DNA of 64,000 nt from Candidatus Poribacteria bacterium (GTDB taxonomy: Bacteria; Poribacteria; WGA-4E; WGA-3G). Each line of letters starts with the position of its first letter. Positions within the stretch are counted from its first letter, which is position 1. Location: positions 4,992,001 through 5,056,000 of the forward strand of contig OZ240248.1 of NCBI GenBank assembly GCA_965198235.1. Reading direction: 5' to 3'. The notes beneath the pieces are model-generated. The model saw nothing but the letters and a program-made list of their open reading frames with translations, was not told where the DNA came from and did no database searches. Positions 1 through 9,381 of this stretch are shown piece by piece. A program made the position numbers and the translations under genes.

Positions 1-54
1 TGGCAAGTCCTGTACGTCGTTAACCTGTATTAAGCCAGTGAGGTTATCGTTATT

Positions 55-838
55 TTATGGTAGGACCTGCCTGAAGTCAATTTTAAATTCCAATTTATCC
101 TCTTTACCATTTGGATGGACAATCCGAACTTGAGGGACAATGATGCGAATATCTGTGGCGGTGCTCTCAAGTCGATCGAAAATTAAGAAACCGCTCCGTT
201 TCGCGCCAGAGAACAACTTTGCGTCTTCAAAGATGTGGTCCTCTATCACGATTCGTCCCAACTCAAGTGCTTCAGCATCTATGTAAGACTGAGAGTACCC
301 ATAGTAAGGATAGTAGCCGTGAGCGGTAGGACTGTAAGGGTAGCCTGCTCTCCCAAGAGTTACGTTCCGAAAGATTTACGTTGTCATAGAGTGAATCAAA
401 GTAAGCGTTGGATAGATTGGCGTATTGCACGCCATTTCCATCAATGAGGATGGCTGTGTCATCAACTAAGACGCGTCGGTTATCCCGGTTATGGATTGTA
501 ATGTCGAACACCGTGTAGATAGGTTCAACAGCACCGCTCTTCTCAACCAAGAGATAAGGATTCACCCTCGGCTCCTCAGTGAGTGCGAACAGTTCTACTT
601 CATCAAACGGTTTAATAGTAACGGCAATTCCCTTCTTTTCGACAGTTGCTGCCCCTGTCTCTGGGTTGATCTGTGCGTTAAAACGTCCTGAGATGGGTTC
701 CATATAGACATCGACTGAGGGTTGCGGTGGGACAGCACACCCTGCCGATAACATTCCTATTAAGAAAAGCATACCGATTCTGCCTATAATCTGATACCGG
801 AAGTGGATGCGATCTTTCGTATGGCTCATCAGTCTCAT
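55..838 (-). pseudogene. Putative lipoprotein split by a +1 frameshift near 345-375 (pseudogene or sequencing error)
   Basis: ORF 272-838 has a lipobox (LSAGC). The +1 frame opens near 375 and reads FRNVTLGRAGYPYSPTAHGYYPYYGYSQSYIDAEALELGRIVIED straight into ORF 55-261. The C-terminus resembles ORF 62815-63531 (RIIVPQV vs RIIVPRV). Confidence 0.65.
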
Positions 839-937
839 CCTCCTATGCTATCATATTTTACGTCACGTGCGTTTTATTGTCAAAGATTTTAATTTTCTGG
901 TGCCAGTCAATCGTGCCAAGCAAAGATTTTGAAAACC

Positions 938-1558
938 CTAAAATTCCCATTTCAACAACATGGCGCGGTTGTGCCAGACGAGCACCCCGGTTGCCGTGCC
1001 GATTGCCGCTCCAGTCACCACATCTGAAGTGTAATGCCTTCCCAAATAGATACGCGAGAAACTGACGAGTCCAGCACCGATGTAGAGCGGAATTCGTAAT
1101 TTCGGATACCGATACCCTAAAATTGTTGCAACACTGAACACAATAGACGCATGACCTGACGGTAAGGACGGATTCCCCAACACTTCGTCCAACGGTCGTT
1201 TCCTACCAACCAGTCTTTTCATGCCAAACGTTATAATCCCTGCTCCCATATATGCCGAAGACAGAAGTTTACCTGTTTCCCGATGTGCGTCATTTCCGTA
1301 CGCCATGAGGAGGATAGATGCCCCCATGACTGCTCGATAGTCTCCGAATTTTGAAACCCCTTCCATCATTGTCCACGTCGGTTGCTGGTGTGGTGGCGCA
1401 TCATAGATACGATCAAAGAGTGTTTGATCCCATCTCGATAGAAAGTCTTGAGCATTTGCTTCTAATCCTGCTATAATAGTGCAGAAAACCAGTGCGCATA
1501 AAAGCCATGATTTAAGAGATTTCACTAAGGCATAACTTGTACACTGATACTGCGTCAT
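938..1558 (-). CDS. PAP2-family membrane phosphatase
   Basis: PAP2 motifs KRLVGRKRP, PSGH and SRIYLGRHYTSDV; hydrophobic segments. Confidence 0.9.
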   Translation of the reverse strand: MTQYQCTSYALVKSLKSWLLCALVFCTIIAGLEANAQDFLSRWDQTLFDRIYDAPPHQQPTWTMMEGVSKFGDYRAVMGASILLMAYGNDAHRETGKLLSSAYMGAGIITFGMKRLVGRKRPLDEVLGNPSLPSGHASIVFSVATILGYRYPKLRIPLYIGAGLVSFSRIYLGRHYTSDVVTGAAIGTATGVLVWHNRAMLLKWEF

Positions 1559-1590
1559 GAAACTTGACCCGCCTATTGTGTTATATCCGT

Positions 1591-2943
1591 GTGATAGACC
1601 CCGTGCTAAAGCATCGGTGCTTCTGCAGGTTTATTCTGTAGAAGCACTTGTGGAATTCAGAAGCGGACTGGACGCTTCAACGCAGATGCCGACAATCCTG
1701 TGAAACAGGACAATCGGTCTTATTTCTGCTAACCCAAAGGAAGCTACCCCTTCCTTGAGAATATTTATCGCAGCGTTCTGGTCTCGGTCAAGGTGCGTCT
1801 GACACCTTGGACACGTCCAGTGCCGATCTGCGAGTGTTAGGTCCTTATTATGGTAATCACAAACACAACACGACTTCGTAGTAGGTGTCCACTTATCAAT
1901 CTTCAGCACAGCGCGGATACGTTTTTTACATTGGTGCTTGAGTTTCTCAAAGAACTCGCCAAACGCAAGATCAGAGACCTGTTTTCCCCACAGTTTTTTC
2001 ATACCCTGAAGGTTCAGGTCTTCAAAGAACAGGATGTCAAACTCTCGGCACAGGTCTATGGCAAGTTTCCAATGGTGATCCGCTCTCTGATTCGCGGTCT
2101 TTTTATGAATGCGTGCAACAGTTTTGCGAGAACGTTCTCGGTTGTGAGAACCTTTAACTTTGCGAGAATGTTCTCGCTGTGCTTTGGCGAGTTGCTTGGC
2201 GTTGTGTCTGTAGAACATCGGAGACGTATACCTTTTAGCGTCACTGCCAGTCAGGAAGTCTTTGATTCCCATATCAAACCCTTCCGCTTTACCGGTCTTG
2301 GGTTCGGGAATGACTTCGCTATAGTCTTCAGTGAGAGTGATATAGATGTCTCCAAGTGCGTCCCTTGTAACGTGAACTTGTTGAATAGCACCTTGTATCT
2401 CACGGTGCAGCGCGAAACGATACCAATGCCCATTCAGGCGGATTTTATACGTTGGATGGTTTCTCTTGTTCTTCTGGGCATCACTGACTTTTTCAAACTT
2501 CACCTGTTCACCAGAGAACGTCATACCCTTATGTTTCTTACACGACTTGAAACGAGGACGACCCCGCTTCAGCGTTTTTATTTCTCTAAAACTTTGGGCT
2601 AACCGTTTGAGAACATTTTGAAGACTCCACGCATACGGGATATTCCAATGCTTGTATTGCGGGAGCTTCTTGAGTTTCGTCAGATGCTTCGACATCTTGG
2701 CATACGAAAGGTCTTTACCATACCTACGGTAATACCTTCGCGAAAGCGCATTGAAATGATTTCGCAGAATGCCACAGATATTCAGGTCATTCTGCAGGCG
2801 TTTCAAATGTTTATCGTGAAAAAGTTTATGTATTGTGTTTCGCATAGTTTATCGAGAAAAACATTCATTTTCTTCAACGTGCTAAAGCAGGTCTCACATC
2901 CCCGACCTAAAGGTTCGGGGTTTTAGACCTAAAGGAAACTTTG
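1591..2943 (-). mobile_element. IS200/IS605-family (IS1341-like, tnpB-only) element; ends approximate
   Basis: tnpB is flanked by a subterminal hairpin at ~2900-2920 (CCCCGACCTAAAGGTTCGGGG) and a right-end hairpin at ~1598-1620 followed by TCAC (minus strand, 1594-1591). The 12-mer CGTGCTAAAGCA occurs at 1602 and 2878. No tnpA. Confidence 0.7.
1631..2845 (-). CDS. tnpB: RNA-guided endonuclease TnpB
   Basis: RuvC-I GFDMG, RuvC-II FFEDL, Zn finger CCVC...CPRC, RuvC-III DRDQNAAINI. Confidence 0.92.
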   Translation of the reverse strand: MRNTIHKLFHDKHLKRLQNDLNICGILRNHFNALSRRYYRRYGKDLSYAKMSKHLTKLKKLPQYKHWNIPYAWSLQNVLKRLAQSFREIKTLKRGRPRFKSCKKHKGMTFSGEQVKFEKVSDAQKNKRNHPTYKIRLNGHWYRFALHREIQGAIQQVHVTRDALGDIYITLTEDYSEVIPEPKTGKAEGFDMGIKDFLTGSDAKRYTSPMFYRHNAKQLAKAQREHSRKVKGSHNRERSRKTVARIHKKTANQRADHHWKLAIDLCREFDILFFEDLNLQGMKKLWGKQVSDLAFGEFFEKLKHQCKKRIRAVLKIDKWTPTTKSCCVCDYHNKDLTLADRHWTCPRCQTHLDRDQNAAINILKEGVASFGLAEIRPIVLFHRIVGICVEASSPLLNSTSASTE

Positions 2944-2951
2944 ATAATAAG

Positions 2952-3242
2952 ATGCGAATACGCCATGCCATAGTTGAGTACGACCTTGAAGAGGCAGCAG
3001 CGATGCTCGGTATCTCACCGGCAGACCTCAAACAAGCAGTCAGTACTGGACATCTCCAGTATTATTACCGACTCGATGGAGATGACTATCGGTTCCATGA
3101 GGCGAGTCTCCGCTCCAATAAAGACTTGCTCTCGCAGGAAGATTATCTCGCCAAGGTCCTAAACACGAGCTCGTCTTCAGAAACTACCACGGAGCCTGAC
3201 GCATCGGAAGAGGATCCACCGTCCACGCCATCCGATCCATGA
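2952..3242 (+). CDS. Small excisionase-like helix-turn-helix protein
   Basis: YDLEEAAAMLGISPADLKQAVSTGHL is a MerR/HTH_17-like pattern; acidic disordered tail. Confidence 0.65.
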   Translation: MRIRHAIVEYDLEEAAAMLGISPADLKQAVSTGHLQYYYRLDGDDYRFHEASLRSNKDLLSQEDYLAKVLNTSSSSETTTEPDASEEDPPSTPSDP

Positions 3243-3284
3243 AACGCGCCTGCTGGAAGATCGTTTGAATCCTTTCCATTTCCG

Positions 3285-4094
3285 TTAGTTTGCTTTAAGC
3301 CTGCCCCAGGTAATCGCAAGTTTATCTCGTGCTTCTACGGCGGTCAGTCCTCCGAGACTGTTGTTCATAATATCATTGACTTCTTCCTCTGTCAAACCGC
3401 GTTTCCAGATGTTAAGGTCATCCATCAATCCAGTGAAAGGTCGGTTGTTGTCAATGTTATAGCCGACACGTGCCCCCTGATCCCAATCTCCTGCGATAGG
3501 CGTAGGTACGCGAGCCTTTTCTTCACCGACATTTTCACCGTTGATGTAAAGCACGGCTAATCCCTCTGCTCGGCTGAATGTGCCACCGTAATGTATCCAC
3601 TCATTCGCTTTGTTTTCGCCAGCCCGGATATCGAATAGCGTTGTACCGGGGCTTCGATTGAGCCAACGATAATTTCCGTCCCCCCGTGCTTCTGGATGTA
3701 CAAGCCACGTATTATCGGCTGCACGGGCGTTGAAAATCGCCATATCTGATACGGCTTCAACGTTGAGCCACGCGAGAATACTCATGCCTTCGGTAGGGAT
3801 GTCTTCAGCCTTAATATTGGGACCCTCTAAATCCAAGAAGCTGCCGGATGCGAAATGGGCGGCTTTCCCGAATTTCCCGTCATTTGATTGTGTGACATCT
3901 CCATTAATCTTGCCATCGTAGCCATGTCCGGATTTTTCAACGACAACATCTCCGTTGAAGTCTTCATAATCGAAATACAGTACTAAATCTGGATCTAAAA
4001 CATCAGCTGAAAAAACTTCTACCGTAGGCACACAGAGAGTGCCTATCAGAAGTAAGCACATCAGATAAGGGGTGAGTATAAAGTTCTGTCTCAT
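3285..4094 (-). CDS. Secreted LamG/concanavalin A-like protein with C-terminal TWG tail
   Basis: Signal peptide, LVLYFDYE, GKFGKA, FTGLMDDLNIWKRGL, tail AVEARDKLAITWGRLK. Confidence 0.85.
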   Translation of the reverse strand: MRQNFILTPYLMCLLLIGTLCVPTVEVFSADVLDPDLVLYFDYEDFNGDVVVEKSGHGYDGKINGDVTQSNDGKFGKAAHFASGSFLDLEGPNIKAEDIPTEGMSILAWLNVEAVSDMAIFNARAADNTWLVHPEARGDGNYRWLNRSPGTTLFDIRAGENKANEWIHYGGTFSRAEGLAVLYINGENVGEEKARVPTPIAGDWDQGARVGYNIDNNRPFTGLMDDLNIWKRGLTEEEVNDIMNNSLGGLTAVEARDKLAITWGRLKAN

Positions 4095-4168
4095 TTTTCG
4101 AGATACTCCTTTAGATGAACCATTCTTCTATTTTTTTACAACATGTAGCCACTTTCACCGGTCCTGCC

Positions 4169-5005
4169 TCACTTTGATGCCTTAATTTTTCCCCAGGTAG
4201 TCGCCAGTTTGCCGTGTGCTTCCACAGCAAGAAACGCGTCAACACCATCGTTCATAATGATATTGACTTCTTCCTCTGTCAAGCCACGTTTCCAGACGTT
4301 GAGGTCGTCCATCAGTCCAGCGAAGGGGCGGTTGTTGTCAATGTTATAGCCGACGCGTGCCCCGTTGCCCCAGTCTGGTGCAATAGGCGTGCCGATTCGT
4401 GCTTTTTCTTCACCGGCATTTTTTCCATTGATGTAAAGGACGGCTAACCCGTCAGCACGGCTGAACGTGCCAGCGTAATGCTGCCATTGATTCGCCTTGT
4501 TATCTCCAGCACGAATGTCAAAGATAGTCGCGCCGCCAGGACTCCGATTAAGCCAGCGATACCTGCCACTACCGCGTGCCTCTGGATGTACAAGCCATGT
4601 ATTATCCTTTGCACGTGCATTGAAAACTGCCATATCTGCGATGGCTTCAACGTTGATCCACGCGACGATACTCATGCCTTCAGTGGGAATATCCTCAGGC
4701 TTGATATTGGGTCCATCTAAGTCGAGAAAACTTCCGGTTACGAAGTGGGCGGCTTTCCCGAACTTCCCGTCATTCGATTGTGTGACCTTTCCATTAATCG
4801 CACCGTCGTAGCCACGTCCGGATTTTTCAACGACGGTATCACCCTTAAAGTCTTCATAATCGAAGTACAGCACCAAATCCGGATCTAAAACATCAGCTGC
4901 AAAAACTTCTACTGTAGGCACACAGAGAGTGCCTATCAGAAGCAGGCACACCAGATAAGGAATTAGTTTATAAGTCAGGATTGTAAATCTCTGGTTCTGT
5001 TTCAT
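4169..5005 (-). CDS. Secreted LamG-like protein, tandem paralog of 3285-4094
   Basis: Close sequence match to the neighbour; tail AVEAHGKLATTWGKIK. Confidence 0.85.
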   Translation of the reverse strand: MKQNQRFTILTYKLIPYLVCLLLIGTLCVPTVEVFAADVLDPDLVLYFDYEDFKGDTVVEKSGRGYDGAINGKVTQSNDGKFGKAAHFVTGSFLDLDGPNIKPEDIPTEGMSIVAWINVEAIADMAVFNARAKDNTWLVHPEARGSGRYRWLNRSPGGATIFDIRAGDNKANQWQHYAGTFSRADGLAVLYINGKNAGEEKARIGTPIAPDWGNGARVGYNIDNNRPFAGLMDDLNVWKRGLTEEEVNIIMNDGVDAFLAVEAHGKLATTWGKIKASK

Positions 5006-5205
5006 TTTTTGAGGTACCCTTTAGATGAATCATCCTTCACTTTTTTACAGAACGATTCGCTTATGTTAAAGTTTACCACTTTCCATTCGGGTCTGCAACC
5101 GAAAACCAAAAAAATCTTGATTTTAACTTCACTTTGCGTTAAACTGATTTGGGAAACGAATAGAAAACTGTGTAAAAAAATAAGTTGTTATACGGGAGCG
5201 TTAGG

Positions 5206-5937
5206 TTGCAAAGTGTAGGAATTATTCCAGCACGCTATGCCTCAAGCCGTTTTGAAGGCAAGCCGTTGGTGAATCTGCTCGGGAAGCCGATGGTGCAGCA
5301 TGTTTACGAAAGTGCGTGCCGCGCAAAAACATTAGATGAAGTTATTGTCGCTACGGATGACCAACGGATTTATGATGCCGTAGTACGCTTCGGCGGAAAT
5401 GTGCAGATGACCGGTCAATGTGCGACAGGTACTGAACGAGTAGCCGTCGTTGCAGAGCGCTTGGCATGTGATATTGTTGCCAATATCCAAGGGGACGAAC
5501 CGTTGCTTGAACCTGCACAGATAGACATGATGCTGCAGCCTTTTATTGACAGACCGGAGGTGCAAGTTTGCACGTTAAAACAGCGGATTGAAACTGCTGT
5601 AGATTATCGAGATGTTAACGTCGTTAAAGTCGTTACAGATCTTCAGGGTGATGCGTTGTATTTCTCGCGTGCCTCTATGCCCGGAAAGGTCAGTGAGGCA
5701 GAGTTACATAAGTTCCCAGTGTATCGGCATGTCGGGTTATATGCTTACCGTCGAGAGCGGCTTCTCGCGTTTACGAGGTGGAGCAGTACACCTTACGAAC
5801 TCGCAGAGGGGTTAGAACAATTGCGCTTTTTAGAACACGGTGTCCCTATTCATGTCGTTGAAACGGATACGCCACTTATTGGGGTTGATGTTCCTGCTGA
5901 CTTGGAGCGGGTGAAACAGATCTTGGAGTCTTCATAA
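5206..5937 (+). CDS. kdsB: 3-deoxy-manno-octulosonate cytidylyltransferase
   Basis: IIPARYASSRFEGKPL, NIQGDEP, LEQLRFLE; TTG start at 5206 after GGAG. Confidence 0.93.
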   Translation: MQSVGIIPARYASSRFEGKPLVNLLGKPMVQHVYESACRAKTLDEVIVATDDQRIYDAVVRFGGNVQMTGQCATGTERVAVVAERLACDIVANIQGDEPLLEPAQIDMMLQPFIDRPEVQVCTLKQRIETAVDYRDVNVVKVVTDLQGDALYFSRASMPGKVSEAELHKFPVYRHVGLYAYRRERLLAFTRWSSTPYELAEGLEQLRFLEHGVPIHVVETDTPLIGVDVPADLERVKQILESS

Positions 5938-5947
5938 GGAAATTTTC

Positions 5948-7582
5948 ATGACAAAATATATTTTCGTAACGGGCGGGGTTATCTCAGGTATCGGCAAAGG
6001 GATCACGACCGCGTCCCTTGGTAGATTGCTTATCAACCGTGGGTTTAAGGTGATTGTTGTCAAAATCGATCCATACCTCAATGTAGATGCGGGTGTGATG
6101 AACCCGTTCCAACATGGCGAGGTTTTCGTCACCCATGATGGCGCAGAAACCGATCTGGATATAGGGAACTATGAACGGTTTCTCGGCATCGACCTAAATA
6201 AATATTCTAACTTTACTACGGGTTCTGTCTATAGTGAAGTGATTGCAAAAGAGCGGCGAGGGGACTACCTCGGTCAAACCGTGCAACTAATTCCACATAT
6301 TACTGACGAAATCAAACGCCGTATCTATCAGATAGGGAAAGATAACGAAGCCGAAATCGTCATTACGGAGATAGGCGGAACGATTGGTGACTTTGAAATG
6401 CCGCCTTTCGTTGAAGCCATCCGTCAGATGGCTGTTGAGGTTGAGCGCGAGAATACGATGTTCCTCCATGTCTCTCTCATTTATACCTTACCCAATGGCG
6501 AAAGCAAGAGCAAACCAACGCAACATAGCATCCGAAAACTCCAAGAGTTGGGTGTCCAGCCGGATCTATTGTTATGTCGCACCAGCGAGTCGCTGGATGA
6601 GGCATTTCGACAGAAAATCGCGCTCCTCTGTGGTATTAGTGAAAACTATATTTTTGAAGGATTGGACACAAAATGTGTAGATGAAATCCCCCTCAATTTT
6701 GAACGACAAGGCATGGGGCATCTTGTTCTAAAGAGACTCGGACTTGAAGCACGTCCACCGATGGATGCTGAATGGGTCGCAATGGTTGAAAAACTCAAAA
6801 ATCCGAATCGGAAAGCCAGGGTCGCTATTGTTGGAAAATACACAACCGGCAGTGATGCGTATATTAGTGTACAGGAAGCACTCAAGCATGGCGGGATTGC
6901 TAATGAAGCCTCTGTTGAAATTGAGTGGATAGAAGCTGAAGCGCTGACAGAACATCCAAACCTTGATAGTGTTTTTCAGAACGCCGACGGGATACTGGTT
7001 CCAGGCGGGTTCGGCTATCGCGGGATTGAAGGGATGCTGGTTGCCGCACGATACGCCCGTGAAAATAAGATTCCGTATTTGGGATTATGCCTTGGAATGC
7101 AGTGTCTGGTGATTGAGTTTGCTCGACACGTTGCGAAACTAAAAAAAGCAAACAGCACGGAAGTAGATAAAAAAACGCCTTACCCTGTTATAGATTTGAT
7201 GCTTAAACAGCACGCGATAGCTGACCTTGGAGCGACGATGCGCCTCGGAATTTATCCGTGTGTTCTCAAAGAAAACACCAAAAGTTATGCCGCCTATCAA
7301 CAACCAATTATTGTAGAGCGGCACCGTCATCGCTATGAATTGAATAACCAACACCGCTCACAATTAGAATCAGCGGGTCTCTGTTTTAGTGGTCTGTCAC
7401 CGGATGAGAGTCTTGTCGAAATTGCTGAGGTGACCGAACATCCCTGGATGGTAGGTTCACAATTTCATCCCGAATTTCAATCGAAACCACTTGCCCCGCA
7501 TCCGCTTTTCCGAGATTTTATCGCGGCGGTGCTCTCCTGTCAATACAAAGTTAATCACCCAGAAGAGGAAGAGGAAGAATGA
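5948..7582 (+). CDS. pyrG: CTP synthase
   Basis: TKYIFVTGGVISGIGKG, GLCLGMQ, ERHRHRYE, QFHPEF. Confidence 0.97.
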   Translation: MTKYIFVTGGVISGIGKGITTASLGRLLINRGFKVIVVKIDPYLNVDAGVMNPFQHGEVFVTHDGAETDLDIGNYERFLGIDLNKYSNFTTGSVYSEVIAKERRGDYLGQTVQLIPHITDEIKRRIYQIGKDNEAEIVITEIGGTIGDFEMPPFVEAIRQMAVEVERENTMFLHVSLIYTLPNGESKSKPTQHSIRKLQELGVQPDLLLCRTSESLDEAFRQKIALLCGISENYIFEGLDTKCVDEIPLNFERQGMGHLVLKRLGLEARPPMDAEWVAMVEKLKNPNRKARVAIVGKYTTGSDAYISVQEALKHGGIANEASVEIEWIEAEALTEHPNLDSVFQNADGILVPGGFGYRGIEGMLVAARYARENKIPYLGLCLGMQCLVIEFARHVAKLKKANSTEVDKKTPYPVIDLMLKQHAIADLGATMRLGIYPCVLKENTKSYAAYQQPIIVERHRHRYELNNQHRSQLESAGLCFSGLSPDESLVEIAEVTEHPWMVGSQFHPEFQSKPLAPHPLFRDFIAAVLSCQYKVNHPEEEEEE

Positions 7583-8838
7583 ACAACACTGCTACGGTGC
7601 ACTCCCGTGCTTGGTACGGAGACGAGGAACTGACGCTGAATTTTCCGCCCGGTTGGAAAGTAGAGGTATTGGGTCCGAAAGATGCTCCTGCGCTTTCTGA
7701 TGCCCAAATTGAACGAGCATTTGCTGAACCCATCGGCACACCCCGAATTTCGGAACTGGCGAAAGGCAAGAACAGTGCCGCTATTGTCGTGGATGACTTG
7801 AGCCGTCCGACGCCTGCTGCGACAGTTATTCCATTTCTCCTGCGTGAGTTAGTTTCGGCAGGTGTCCCGAAATCCGAGATCCGATTTGTCGTCGGTGGCG
7901 GGTCACATCGTCCTCTCACTGATGAAGAGGTTGCGAAGAAGATAGGACCAGATGTTGCTGCTGAGTATGAAGCGACAAACCACAATTTTATGGGTGGCGA
8001 TTTACGTGCCTTAGGGAACCTTGATAACGGTATGCCTATCTATCTCGACCGCGTCGTTGCAGATGCGGATTTCAAGGTTTGTTTGGGTGGTATCTATCCA
8101 CACGGTTCTGTCGGCTTCGGCGGTGGTGCGAAATTGGTCGTGCCGGGTATTGCGGGTTTCGCGACGATGTTCTATTTTCATACCTTTTCACCGGGACGTG
8201 GGCACGCTGTAATTGAAAGACGGGGCAGTGAACCCGATCATCGCGATTTCTCCGAGGCGGTCGCTGCTGTTCTCGGTCTCGATGTTATCGCCAACGTTGC
8301 GCTCAATAGCCGTCGTGAAATTTGCGGGTTGTTTGTCGGTGATTTTGTGCAGGCGCACCGTAAGGGGGCACACTTCGCTTTGGACACTTACGGCACAGAG
8401 ATACCGGAGGCGAGCCGAAAAGAGACGGATCTCGTTGTGCTTAACTGCTATCCGCTTGATAGCGATCCGATTCAAACGGGCAAGGCTATGTGGGCACTAT
8501 CGCACTTTGAGAAGGCGTACAGGATGGCACTCAACCCCGCAAGTGATGGTATCTGCTACCATGGGTTGTTCGATCAGGTTGATTACGTCCGCTTCGTTCA
8601 GGAGAAGGCGGAAAGGACAGAATCTGAACTTCCTGCACCACAACTCGGAACTCAAGATCAACTGCACGTTTGGTCGGAACACTTTTTGGTAGACGATTTT
8701 TACAAGAAGCATCCCGGTGCGCTCCTCTTCCGAGATCTGGAGAAGTTGATTGCTTTGTTTGCAGAAAACCTCCCGTCACAAGCGAAGGTCGCTGTCCTAC
8801 CATCTGCGGGGATTCAGGTGTTGGCACCGGAGAAATAA
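7579..8838 (+). CDS. Lactate racemase (LarA) superfamily protein
   Basis: DDLSRPTP, GGGSHR, PHGSVGFGGGAKLVVPG; ATGA overlap with pyrG. Confidence 0.8.
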   Translation: MNNTATVHSRAWYGDEELTLNFPPGWKVEVLGPKDAPALSDAQIERAFAEPIGTPRISELAKGKNSAAIVVDDLSRPTPAATVIPFLLRELVSAGVPKSEIRFVVGGGSHRPLTDEEVAKKIGPDVAAEYEATNHNFMGGDLRALGNLDNGMPIYLDRVVADADFKVCLGGIYPHGSVGFGGGAKLVVPGIAGFATMFYFHTFSPGRGHAVIERRGSEPDHRDFSEAVAAVLGLDVIANVALNSRREICGLFVGDFVQAHRKGAHFALDTYGTEIPEASRKETDLVVLNCYPLDSDPIQTGKAMWALSHFEKAYRMALNPASDGICYHGLFDQVDYVRFVQEKAERTESELPAPQLGTQDQLHVWSEHFLVDDFYKKHPGALLFRDLEKLIALFAENLPSQAKVAVLPSAGIQVLAPEK

Positions 8839-8844
8839 AGGCAG

Positions 8845-9381
8845 ATGCTTAAAGAAAGCACGACTATAAAATCCTTCCTCCAGAACATTAACGCCTTCCT
8901 GGGTAAGATTGAAACCGGTTTGCTGTGCCTTATTATCGCAATGATGTTAGGGCTCGCGATCCTCAAAGTCGTCATGCGCTACGTATTCAGTGCAAGTCTA
9001 TTGTGGAGCGACGTAATGCTTCAGCACCTAACCCTTTGGCTCTGCCTCTTGGGTGCTGCACTGGCTACTTGCGAAAAAAGGCACATCAGCATTGATGTGC
9101 TCAGCCGAGTCCTACCCGAAAATATCACGCGCTGGAGCAATCTTGTTGTTAATTGCCTCGCTTTAATTGTCGTTGGGATTTTAGCCTATTACGGCTTTAT
9201 CTTTCTACAGGATGAACAATTGAGCGAGGCTGTATTAATTGGAAGTGTTCCTCTATGGTGGGCGAAGTCTATTATCCCATACGGTTTTGTCCTCATCGGC
9301 ATCCATATGCTCCTTCAGATTGGCATCCATTTAACAGGGGGTAAACATGCTCCACGTACTGTCGAAGGAGAATCGGACTGA
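8845..9381 (+). CDS. TRAP transporter small permease (DctQ)
   Basis: 4 TM segments, HISIDVL motif; upstream of DctM. Confidence 0.85.
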   Translation: MLKESTTIKSFLQNINAFLGKIETGLLCLIIAMMLGLAILKVVMRYVFSASLLWSDVMLQHLTLWLCLLGAALATCEKRHISIDVLSRVLPENITRWSNLVVNCLALIVVGILAYYGFIFLQDEQLSEAVLIGSVPLWWAKSIIPYGFVLIGIHMLLQIGIHLTGGKHAPRTVEGESD

